Positions 55,834 through 64,000 of a stretch of 64,000 nt of DNA are shown piece after piece (the stretch's first letter is position 1; each line of letters opens with the position of its first letter). The notes under the pieces were generated by a model. That model searched no databases. It was not told the DNA's origin and saw nothing but the letters and a program-made list of their open reading frames with translations. A program made the translations under genes and the position numbers. The DNA comes from Planctomycetota bacterium (GTDB lineage: Bacteria; Planctomycetota; J058): positions 3,761 to 67,760 of the forward strand of contig JBFWYD010000056.1 in assembly GCA_050186825.1 (NCBI GenBank), read 5' to 3'.

Positions 55834-58488
55834 ATGGTGATGCCCCCTCGCCCGCGGCTGGCGGACGTGCTCCGACGCGGCCCGCTGGGCGTGCGCGAGC
55901 TGCCCGGTTCCGCCCTCGGCCCCTACGTCGCCATCCGCGAGCTGGGGCGGGGCGCCTTCGGGCTCGTGCTCCACGCGCGGCGCGAGGACACGGGCGCGGA
56001 GGTGGCCCTCAAGGTCCTGCTCTTCGACCCGAACGCCGGGGACACGCGGCGCAGGCGGCTCGAGCGCGAGGCCGCGCTGACCCGCACCCTGCGCCACCCC
56101 GGGATCGTCGCGGTCCTGGACGCGGGCCAGCTGGACGGCCTCGACTACGTGGCCTTCGAGCTGGTCGAGGGGCGCACCCTCGACGCCGAGCTGCGCCAGA
56201 GCGAGCTCCCGCGCCGGCTGGAGCTCGTGGGCCAGGTGGCGCGGGCCGTGGCCGCGGCGCACGCGCGCGGGATCATCCATCGCGACCTGAAGCCCGCGAA
56301 CGTGCTCGTGCGCGCGCGCGACGGGCGCGCGCTGGTCGCGGACTTCGGGCTGGCCAAGGACCTGGCCACGCGCTCCTCGCTGACCGCGAGCGGCGCCGCC
56401 GTGGGCACCCCGGCCTACATGGCCCCCGAGCAGCTCGGCGCCGAGGCCACCGCGGCCAGCGACGTGTTCGCGCTGGGGGTGATCCTCTACGAGGCCCTGA
56501 CCGGGACCCAGCCCTTCGCCGGCAGCCTCCCGCAGAGATACGCCGCCGTGATGCTCGGGAACTACCCCGCGCCGAGCGAGACCCCGGGGGTCGGCCCGGC
56601 CTTCGACGCGGTGGCGGCGCGCGCGCTCCGCCCCAAGGGCGCGGAGCGCTACCCGGACGCGCGGGCCTTCGCCGACGCCCTCGACCAGGCGCGCGGGGTC
56701 TCCACGCGCGAGGCGGGCGACGACGCGCCGACGTGGTCCGCGACGGCGAGCGGCTCGGGCCGGCGCTGGCTGCGCGTGGCCCTGGTCGTCGTCGCGCTCG
56801 CGGTCGCGGGCGGGGGCGCCGGACTCGGGCTCCTGCCGCGGCTCCGCGCGCAGCGCGCGGCCTCGGAGGCGCGGCGCGCGGCGCTGGTCGAGCTCGAGGC
56901 CGACCGCGCCGAGCTCGAGCGCGCGCTCCCCGCGGGCGGCGCCGGCGCGGGGCTCGCGGCGAGGCGGCTGGAGGGCGCGCTCGCCGCGCCCGAGGTCCAG
57001 GGCGAGGAGCCGGAGGCTCAGGCCGCGCGCGCGCAGGCGCGCGTCGCGCTGGCCGCCTGGCGCCTGTGCCTCGAGTTCGACGCCGAGCGCCCGGAGGAGG
57101 GCTCGCGCGCGCGGGTCAACGGGGACCTGGCCCAGGCCGAGGCCGAGGGCGCGCCGGTGGCCGCCCTGGCGCTGGCCCGCGCGCTGGACCAGGTCGCGGC
57201 CGGTCGCGCCGCGGAGACCCTCGAGACCCTGCGCGGGGCGCGCGAGCTCTCGCCCTTCCCGCCCGACGTGGTCGAGGAGGCGCGGGCGCGGGCCTACCTG
57301 GCGCGGGGGCTGCGGCGCGAGGCCGCGCGGGCCCTGGAGGCCGCCCTCGGCGCGCGGCGCACGGCCCCGCGGCTCGAGCTGCGCGCGGGCTTGCTCCTGG
57401 CCGAGGGCGACGGCCCTGGCGCCCTGGCCGCCCACGAGGAGGCGACAGCGCTCGCGCCCTTGCGCGCGCGCGACCCGGAGCTCGAGGCAGGGCTGATCCC
57501 GGCCCGCCTCCGCCGCGCGGAGCGCGCGCTGGGCCACGCCGCCCTCGACCCCGCGGACGCGGCGCGCGCCCTGGCCGATGGGCAGGTCGCCCTGGCCGCC
57601 AAGGCGCGCGGCGTGGCCAACCTGGCCGGCCTCGCGGAGACCGCCGGGCTGGACCTCCTCGTGCGCCAGGCAGGGACCGCGGACCCGCCCCTCCCCCCCA
57701 GCGCCGACACGACGCGGGTGGCCGTGGGCCTGCTCGAGCTCGCGCGCGCCTGTGCGCCGCAGCGGGCCCCCGCGAGCTTCACCACGCCCGCCAGCGCGCT
57801 CTGCCGCCGCGAGGACTGCCCGCCCGCAGTGCGCTTCCTGGTGATGCGGCTCTGCCTGCGCCACCGCGTGCCGGTGGACCCGCGCCTCGACCTCCGCCTC
57901 GACGCCCTCGGCCCGGAGCTGCTCTACCGGATGGAGCAGCTGTTCCAGGCCGAGCAGGCGACCCAGGACGCGCGCACGATCCTCAACGCCTACCGGACCT
58001 TCACCCACTTCGTGCGCCGCGTCCCGGCCCTGCTGCAGGTGTGTTGGGAGGCGGAGGAGGAGGCGCTCACGTGCTACCCACAGGAGCCCGGCCGCTACCA
58101 CGTGCTCCTCTCGCGCGCGCTGACCCTCCAGGACCTGCGTCGCCCCGACGAGGCCCGGGCCGCGATGCTCGAGGCCGTGCGCGTCTCCGCCCCCTTCGAG
58201 CCCGTGGCGCGGGGCGACACCCTCTTCTGGTGCGCCGGCCTGCTCGGCACCCAGGGCCGCTGGGCCGAGGCCCTGGACGCCATCGACCGCGGCTACGAGG
58301 TCATGGGCGGCCAGGGCCCCGACGCCTGGTGGAGGATGCAGCGCGCCCGCTGCCTGCTCCAGGTCGGCCGCCCCCAGGACGCCCTGGCCGCCCTCGGGGG
58401 CGCCCGCGCCCTGGCCGGGGCCGACGACTTCATCGTCAAGGGCGTGGACGCCCTCGAGCAGGAGATCCGCGCGGCCCTCGGGAGGTAG
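55834..58488 (+). CDS. Ser/Thr protein kinase with TM helix and TPR-like C-terminus
   Basis: [39 protein letters not shown]; TM '[12 protein letters not shown]'; TPR-like helices. Confidence 0.9.
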   Translation: MVMPPRPRLADVLRRGPLGVRELPGSALGPYVAIRELGRGAFGLVLHARREDTGAEVALKVLLFDPNAGDTRRRRLEREAALTRTLRHPGIVAVLDAGQLDGLDYVAFELVEGRTLDAELRQSELPRRLELVGQVARAVAAAHARGIIHRDLKPANVLVRARDGRALVADFGLAKDLATRSSLTASGAAVGTPAYMAPEQLGAEATAASDVFALGVILYEALTGTQPFAGSLPQRYAAVMLGNYPAPSETPGVGPAFDAVAARALRPKGAERYPDARAFADALDQARGVSTREAGDDAPTWSATASGSGRRWLRVALVVVALAVAGGGAGLGLLPRLRAQRAASEARRAALVELEADRAELERALPAGGAGAGLAARRLEGALAAPEVQGEEPEAQAARAQARVALAAWRLCLEFDAERPEEGSRARVNGDLAQAEAEGAPVAALALARALDQVAAGRAAETLETLRGARELSPFPPDVVEEARARAYLARGLRREAARALEAALGARRTAPRLELRAGLLLAEGDGPGALAAHEEATALAPLRARDPELEAGLIPARLRRAERALGHAALDPADAARALADGQVALAAKARGVANLAGLAETAGLDLLVRQAGTADPPLPPSADTTRVAVGLLELARACAPQRAPASFTTPASALCRREDCPPAVRFLVMRLCLRHRVPVDPRLDLRLDALGPELLYRMEQLFQAEQATQDARTILNAYRTFTHFVRRVPALLQVCWEAEEEALTCYPQEPGRYHVLLSRALTLQDLRRPDEARAAMLEAVRVSAPFEPVARGDTLFWCAGLLGTQGRWAEALDAIDRGYEVMGGQGPDAWWRMQRARCLLQVGRPQDALAALGGARALAGADDFIVKGVDALEQEIRAALGR

Positions 58489-58553
58489 TCGCGGGCTGCC
58501 TTGACCGGGCCCGGACCCCGGCCCAGGATGCGGCCCCGCCGAGGAGGACCTCC

Positions 58554-59729
58554 GTGAGCACCCTGAGCGAGCACCCGCCGGCCCTGACGACCCTGACCGA
58601 GGACGAGCTGGCCTTTCGCGACGCCGTCCGTGAGTTCGCCGAAGGCACGATCAAGCCGCGCGTGGCCGCCATGGACCAGGCGGCGAAGATGGACCCCGAG
58701 GTGATCTCGGCCTGCTTCGAGATGGGCCTGATGGGCATCGAGGTCCCCGAGGCCTACGGCGGCCAGGGCGGCACCTTCTTCCAGGCCGTGCTCGCCGTCG
58801 AGGAGCTGGCGCGGGTCGATCCGGCCGTGGCCGTGATGGTCGACGTCCAGACCACGCTGTTCGAGAACATGATCCTGCGCTGGGGCAGCGAGCCGCTCAA
58901 GGAGTGGGTCCTGCCCCTGGTCACCAAGGACGTCGTGGCCGCCTACGCGCTCTCCGAGGCCGGCTCGGGCAGCGACGCCTTCGCGCTCGCCTGCGAGGCC
59001 AAGGAGGACGGCGACGCCTACGTGCTGAACGGGCACAAGCTCTGGATCACCAACGCGGGCGAGGCCGGCGTGTTCGCGGTCTTCGCGACCATCGACAAGG
59101 GGCTCAAGCACCGCGGGATCACCTGCTTCCTGGTCGAGCGCGACCAGGAGGGCTTCAGCGTGTCCAAGAAGGAGGACAAGCTGGGGATCCGCGCCAGCAG
59201 CACCTGCGAGATCCTGCTCGAGGGCGTGCGCGTCCCGAAGGACCGGGTCCTGGGCGAGGTCGGCCAGGGCTACAAGGTCGCGATCGAGACCCTCAACGAG
59301 GGCCGGATCGGGATCGGCGCCCAGATGGTCGGCCTGGCCGTGGGCGCCTTCGAGCACGCCCTGGCCTACACCCAGGAGCGCAAGCAGTTCGGCCACACCC
59401 TGTTCGAGAACCAGGCCGTGCAGTTCCAGCTCGCCGAGATGGCCACCCGCATCCACTCCGCGCGCCTGCTCGTCTACGACGCCGCGCGCCGCCGCGACCG
59501 CGGCGAGGACTTCCTGACCGAGGCCTGCTACGCCAAGCTCTTCGCCTCGCGCACGGCCGAGTTCGTCGCGTCCGAGGCCGTGAACCTGCTCGGCGGCAAC
59601 GGCTTCACCAAGGAGTACCCGGTCGAGAAGTTCTACCGGGACGCCAAGATCGGCCAGATCTACGAGGGCACGACCAACATGCAGCTCCAGACCATCGCCA
59701 AGCAGCTGCAGCGCGGGATCCGGCCCTAG
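58554..59729 (+). CDS. Acyl-CoA dehydrogenase (short/branched-chain type)
   Basis: ALSEAGSGSDA, LNGHKLWITN, KLGIRASST, LNEGRIGI, RKQFG, GGNGF, QIYEGT; GTG after GAGGAGG. Confidence 0.95.
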   Translation: MSTLSEHPPALTTLTEDELAFRDAVREFAEGTIKPRVAAMDQAAKMDPEVISACFEMGLMGIEVPEAYGGQGGTFFQAVLAVEELARVDPAVAVMVDVQTTLFENMILRWGSEPLKEWVLPLVTKDVVAAYALSEAGSGSDAFALACEAKEDGDAYVLNGHKLWITNAGEAGVFAVFATIDKGLKHRGITCFLVERDQEGFSVSKKEDKLGIRASSTCEILLEGVRVPKDRVLGEVGQGYKVAIETLNEGRIGIGAQMVGLAVGAFEHALAYTQERKQFGHTLFENQAVQFQLAEMATRIHSARLLVYDAARRRDRGEDFLTEACYAKLFASRTAEFVASEAVNLLGGNGFTKEYPVEKFYRDAKIGQIYEGTTNMQLQTIAKQLQRGIRP

Positions 59730-59769
59730 CCCGCTGGCCCGCCGCGCGCGCGCCCTCTAGGGTGCGCGC

Positions 59770-60022
59770 GTGAGCGATCAGCGCCTCCGCGAGCTCGAGC
59801 GCCGCTGGCGCGAGACCGGACACCCCTGAAGGCGTCTACGAGCTGACCGTGGAGCTGCGTCGCCCCGACGGGTCGCGGCAGCGCGTACGAGCCGAGTACG
59901 GGGCGGAGCAGTTCTTCGGTCGAGTCGGGCAGGACGGAGGGGCCTACGCCGTGCTCTTGCTGCCCGGGTCGAACCGGAGGCGCCCTCCGCCCGGGACCGA
60001 AGTGTGGGAGGTCGGTCCCTAG
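59770..60022 (+). pseudogene. Chimeric or frameshifted gene remnant
   Basis: GTG-SDQRLRELERRWRETGHP* (59770-59829), then in the +1 frame 'VYELTVELRRPDGS...LLLPG...PPGTEVWEVGP*'. Confidence 0.5.
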
Positions 60023-60030
60023 GCCTAGGC

Positions 60031-61878
60031 CTAGGCGCGGGCGACCGAGCTCGCTCGCTCGGCTTGAGGCTTCGCAACCGCGGCGTCGCGGCCGTCGGCC
60101 TGCTTGCTGCCCGCGAAGCGGATCGCGGTCAGCTCGAGCTCGACCTTGGTCTGGCCGTTCCAGGTGTTCAGGCGCGGGCGGAAGGCGACCTCGAAGGGAC
60201 GCGGGCCGCCCGGGCCGGGGCCCGCGTGGCGGCGCAGCTCCTCGACCAGCTCGGGCCGCTTCCAGGCCACGGTGCGGAACACCTGGTCGCCCTGGCGGAC
60301 CATGAAGCTCACGTGCTCGCCGGTGCGGCCCATGGTGCGCGGGTCGCCGGCCAGGAACACCTCGCGCGCGGCGAACACCGGCTCGGGGTTGCCCGCGCCG
60401 AAGGGCGAGAGCTGCTCGAGCTCCGCCAGCAGCTCGCGCGAGACCTCGTCCAGGGCGACCTCGCCCGCGGTCACAACCTCGTAGCCGGCCAGCACGGCCT
60501 CGAGCTCGGGCGTCCCCGCGTCCGCGGGCAGGCCGAGCTGCGCGGCCACGCCCTGGGCGAAGGCATCGCGCAGCGCGGGCAGGCGGTCGACGTCGATGGT
60601 GAAGCCGAGCGCGGCCGCGTGGCCGCCCATCCGCTGGAAGAGCGGGCGGTGCGGCTCGAGCGAGGCCAGGAGGTCCACCATCTCGACCGAGCGGCCCGAG
60701 CCCTTGGCGCGGCACTCTGGGGTCCCGGCTCCCTCGACCGACGCGATCAGCACCGGGCGATGGAAGGTCTCGACCAGGCGCGAGGCCACGATCCCGACCA
60801 CGCCGTGCGGCCAGTCCTCGCCCCACACCACGATCCCGGCCGCGGGGACGGGCTCGCCGTAGACCTCGCGCACCTGGGCCTCGGCCTCGGCCCCGACCCG
60901 GTCCTGGAGCGCGCGGCGGCGCTCGTTCTCCTGGTCGAGCTCGTCGGCGAGCGCGCGCGCCGCGCCCACGTCGCGCGCGGTCAGGAGGTCGAAGGCGCGC
61001 CGGGCGCGGCCCATCCGGCCGGCGGCGTTCAGGCGCGGGGCCAGGCGGAAGGCCACGTTGGTCGCGTCGACCTCGCCCTCGACCCGCGCCACGCGCAGGA
61101 GCTCCGCCAGCCCCGGGGGCGGGCCGACCGTCAGCGCGCGCAGGCCGTAGCGCACGAGCACCCGGTTCTCGCCCACGAGCGGGACCACGTCGGCCACCGT
61201 GCCCAGGGCCACCAGCGACAGGCAGCGCAGGAGCAGGTCGCGCAGCGCGCGGCTCTTGCCCATCTTCTCGGCCACCGCCCAGGCCACCTTGAAGGCCACG
61301 CCCGCGCCGCACAGGTTGGGGTTCGCGTAGTGCTCGCCCACGCGCGGGTGCACGAGCGCCACCGCGATCGGCAGCTCGGCCCCGATGGTGTGGTGGTCGA
61401 CCACGATCAGGTCCAGCCCGGCCTCGGCCAGGTAGGCCGCCTCGGCCACGGCCGCGATCCCGTTGTCGATCGAGACCACGACCCGCACGCCCTCGGCCGC
61501 CGCGCGCTCGAGCCGCGGGCGGTTGATCCCGTAGCCCTCCTCGCGGTCGGGGATGTGGACCTCGACCTCGGCGCCGAGCGCGCTCAGCACCTCGTGCAGC
61601 ACCGCCGCGCCCGTGATCCCGTCCACGTCGTAGTCGCCGAACAGGAGCACTCGCTCCCCGGCCCCGATCGCCCGCTCCAGCCGCTCGGCCGCGCGGTCCA
61701 CGTGATTCAGGCCGGCGGGCGGGACCAGGTCCTTGAGGCTGGGCTCGAGGAAGGCGCGGGCCGCGCCCTCGTCCTCGAGGCCCAGGCGGCGCAGGAGATG
61801 GGCCGTGACGGCGCTCACCTGGAGGGTGCGGGCCAGGTCGCGGTCGTCCTCGCGCGGGGGGATCAGCCAGTCGCTCAC
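60031..61878 (-). CDS. recJ: Single-stranded-DNA-specific exonuclease RecJ
   Basis: FGDYDVDG, PDREEGYG, IDNG, VDHH, LGTVADVVPL, PRLNAAGR, GSGRS, GGHAAALG, PFGAGNPEP. Confidence 0.96.
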   Translation of the reverse strand: MSDWLIPPREDDRDLARTLQVSAVTAHLLRRLGLEDEGAARAFLEPSLKDLVPPAGLNHVDRAAERLERAIGAGERVLLFGDYDVDGITGAAVLHEVLSALGAEVEVHIPDREEGYGINRPRLERAAAEGVRVVVSIDNGIAAVAEAAYLAEAGLDLIVVDHHTIGAELPIAVALVHPRVGEHYANPNLCGAGVAFKVAWAVAEKMGKSRALRDLLLRCLSLVALGTVADVVPLVGENRVLVRYGLRALTVGPPPGLAELLRVARVEGEVDATNVAFRLAPRLNAAGRMGRARRAFDLLTARDVGAARALADELDQENERRRALQDRVGAEAEAQVREVYGEPVPAAGIVVWGEDWPHGVVGIVASRLVETFHRPVLIASVEGAGTPECRAKGSGRSVEMVDLLASLEPHRPLFQRMGGHAAALGFTIDVDRLPALRDAFAQGVAAQLGLPADAGTPELEAVLAGYEVVTAGEVALDEVSRELLAELEQLSPFGAGNPEPVFAAREVFLAGDPRTMGRTGEHVSFMVRQGDQVFRTVAWKRPELVEELRRHAGPGPGGPRPFEVAFRPRLNTWNGQTKVELELTAIRFAGSKQADGRDAAVAKPQAERASSVARA

Positions 61879-61971
61879 CCCCGCATTGAACGACCGACCA
61901 CCGACACCCCGGCGCGTAGCCCGAGGCAGGTAGAATCCCCCGCTCGCGGCGCCGAACGAACGAGCCAGCCC

Positions 61972-63174
61972 ATGGCCAAGGCCAAGCCCAACACGACCAA
62001 GAAGGCCGCCACCAAGAAGGCGGCCACCCGGAAGGCCGCCCCCAAGCAGGCGGCCGACAAGAAGCCGAGCGCGGCCAAGAAGGCCGGCGCGGGCAAGAGG
62101 GCCAAGGCCGCCGCGCCCCCGCCCCCCGCCGCCGCGACGGGCCGCGAGGCCGTGTGGGGGAGCGACGACCCGCCCCGCGTGGACCCGCCGCTGCTCGGGC
62201 GCTGGCTCGGCCTGCGCCCGGCCGTGCGGCTGGCCAAGCTCGAGGCGCGCGTGATCGCGGCGCCCGAGGGCGAGCCCGGCGAGGCCGTGGTCGAGGAGGT
62301 GCGGATCGCGCTCAAGCAGGCCTGGGACGAGCAGCCCAAGGTCTTCTTCCCGCTCGCGAGCGAGTGGCTGAAGTCCAAGCACGAGCGCCTGCGGCGGGCC
62401 GCCGTGGGGGCGGTGCCGCTCTCGCACGAGGAGTGGAAGGAGAAGAGCGAGCGCCTGCTCAGGCGCGCGATCGCCGAGGACGAGCCGGCCGTGCGGCGCC
62501 TGGCCATAGACCTCCTCTCCGACGACATCAACGGGCACCTCGAGCAGTGCAAGCGCTGGGTGCGCGACGAGGACCCCGAGGTGCGCGCGCTCGTGGCCCG
62601 CAGCCTGCGCGACCTGGCGACCGACAAGATCAAGACCCACGTCAAGCTGATCGAGCCGCTGCTCGAGGACCCGGTCCCGGCCGTGCACTGGACCGTGGCC
62701 TCGACCCTGCTCTCGCTCTACGAGCGCGACGCGCGCCCCGTGATCGAGGTCATCCAGCCCATGGCGCTCTCGGCCAACGAGGAGGTGCGCGCGGCCGCGG
62801 CCGCCTGCTTCTTCGAGCACGTGTTCGCCGACCACTTCGACCAGCTCCTGCCCACGATGCGCGCCTGGCTGCGCACCTCCTCCACGAACCTGCGCTGGAC
62901 CCTGGTCCGCGCGCTGCGCTTCGTGAAGGTCACGCCGCGCTCGATGCAGCTGATGCGCGCCCTGTTCGAGGACCCCGAGCCCGAGGTCCGGCGCCGCCTG
63001 GTCCAGGCCATGCTCGACCTCTACGACCCGACCCAGGAGGCGCGTCGCCAGCTCCTGCCCGTCCTGCGCCGGGCGGACCAGGACCCGAGCAAGCGCGTGC
63101 GCGACGCCGTGGGCGAGGGCAAGGAGCGCTTCGGCGAGCTCTTCACCCAGGAGCTCGCGGTCGCCCCCGTCTGA
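61972..63174 (+). CDS. HEAT-repeat protein with a Lys/Ala-rich histone-like N-terminal tail
   Basis: 'KKAATKKAATRKAAPKQAADKKPSAAKKA'; HEAT units 'DEDPEVRALVA', 'DPVPAVH', 'DPEPEVRR', 'DPSKRVR'. Confidence 0.8.
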   Translation: MAKAKPNTTKKAATKKAATRKAAPKQAADKKPSAAKKAGAGKRAKAAAPPPPAAATGREAVWGSDDPPRVDPPLLGRWLGLRPAVRLAKLEARVIAAPEGEPGEAVVEEVRIALKQAWDEQPKVFFPLASEWLKSKHERLRRAAVGAVPLSHEEWKEKSERLLRRAIAEDEPAVRRLAIDLLSDDINGHLEQCKRWVRDEDPEVRALVARSLRDLATDKIKTHVKLIEPLLEDPVPAVHWTVASTLLSLYERDARPVIEVIQPMALSANEEVRAAAAACFFEHVFADHFDQLLPTMRAWLRTSSTNLRWTLVRALRFVKVTPRSMQLMRALFEDPEPEVRRRLVQAMLDLYDPTQEARRQLLPVLRRADQDPSKRVRDAVGEGKERFGELFTQELAVAPV

Positions 63175-63184
63175 GTCCCTGCCG

Positions 63185-64000
63185 GTGAAGGCCGCAGGCC
63201 TCGACCTCGGCTCGACCCTCGCCAAGGCCGTGTGGCGCGATCCTGGCGCCCCCAACGGCCTCGCCCTGCGCCGCTGCGAGCGCGCGGCCGCGCCCGCCCT
63301 CCTCGACGAGCTGCGCGCCGCCGGCGTGCGGCGCCTGGGCGTGACCGGGACCGGCTTCCGCAGCCTCGACCTCGCGGGCTTCGCGGCGTCCGAGGTGACC
63401 GGGGCCGACATCGACCGCGAGGTCGCCGTCCAGGCCCGCGGGGCGCGCGCCCTGCTCGCGGCCGAGGGCCGGCCGATCGCGGGCTCGATGCTCGTGGTCT
63501 CGGTCGGGACCGGCGTCTCCTACGGGCTGAGCGCGCCGGGCGCGGCCGCGCGCCGCTTCCCGCTCGGGAGCGCGCTCGGCGGCGGCTTCCTGCGCGGGCT
63601 GGGCGCGCTGCTTGGCGCGCCCGACTTCGCCGCGCTCGCGGCCGAGTCGGCGTCGGGCCACGCCGCAGACATCCTCGTCGCGGACCTCCTGCCCGAGACC
63701 AGCGGCACGCCCGTGGGCGAGCTGGTGGTCGCGCACTTCGGCCGCGCCGACGCCGCGACCCCGCGTCCCGACGCCCTGGCCAGCCTGGTCGCGACCGTCG
63801 CCACGAGCATCGGCCGCGACCTGGCGCTCCTCGCCCAGCAGCCGGGCTGGGGGCTCCCCGAGGCCGTCGTGTTCCTGGGCTCGACCCTGGCGCTGCCCGC
63901 CCTGGCCGCCGCCCTCGAGGGCTGGACCCGGCGCCTCGGCGCGACCCCCTACCTCCCCGCCCTGGGCGCCCACGCGCTGGCCCTGGGCGCGCTGCTCACC
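63185..64000 (+). CDS. Type II pantothenate kinase-like protein (3'-partial; absent from the ORF track because it has no stop)
   Basis: GTG-KAAGLDLGSTLAK, 'VTGTG', 'E...ARGARALL', 'LVVSVGTGVSY', 'GSALGGG', 'VFLGS' match the PanK-II/fumble pattern. Confidence 0.72.
   Translation, partial: MKAAGLDLGSTLAKAVWRDPGAPNGLALRRCERAAAPALLDELRAAGVRRLGVTGTGFRSLDLAGFAASEVTGADIDREVAVQARGARALLAAEGRPIAGSMLVVSVGTGVSYGLSAPGAAARRFPLGSALGGGFLRGLGALLGAPDFAALAAESASGHAADILVADLLPETSGTPVGELVVAHFGRADAATPRPDALASLVATVATSIGRDLALLAQQPGWGLPEAVVFLGSTLALPALAAALEGWTRRLGATPYLPALGAHALALGALLT

Overview
Very GC-rich bacterial chromosomal window. Three Hanks-type Ser/Thr kinases, secreted HEAT proteins ending in 'LTxQ...WxxWW', prepilin-like genes and a FadL porin suggest a diderm, probably Planctomycetota-like (inference only). 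About 40 credible CDSs; most long ORFs in the track are antisense or out-of-frame shadows. Housekeeping and catabolic genes: glyA, GH13 amylase plus two sugar ABC permeases, FabF plus a non-catalytic KS partner, ceramidase-like and purple-acid-phosphatase lipoproteins, an amidohydrolase pair, acyl-CoA dehydrogenase, recJ and type II pantothenate kinase. The most striking structure is a four-gene cassette (secreted HEAT protein, PilV-like, PilW-like, large PilX-like protein with acidic Ca-binding-type loops) present twice in diverged form (19320-23631 and 33082-37132). The second copy runs directly into a CotH kinase, VTC polyphosphate polymerase, DUF4956 module. Between the copies, two paralogous membrane proteins (one frameshifted) flank an inverted MFS/spermidine-synthase fusion. 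Intergenic regions carry three families of short-unit repeats and several gene scars. No rRNA, tRNA, CRISPR array or intact transposase was recognised. All calls are by-eye motif recognition; no searches were run.
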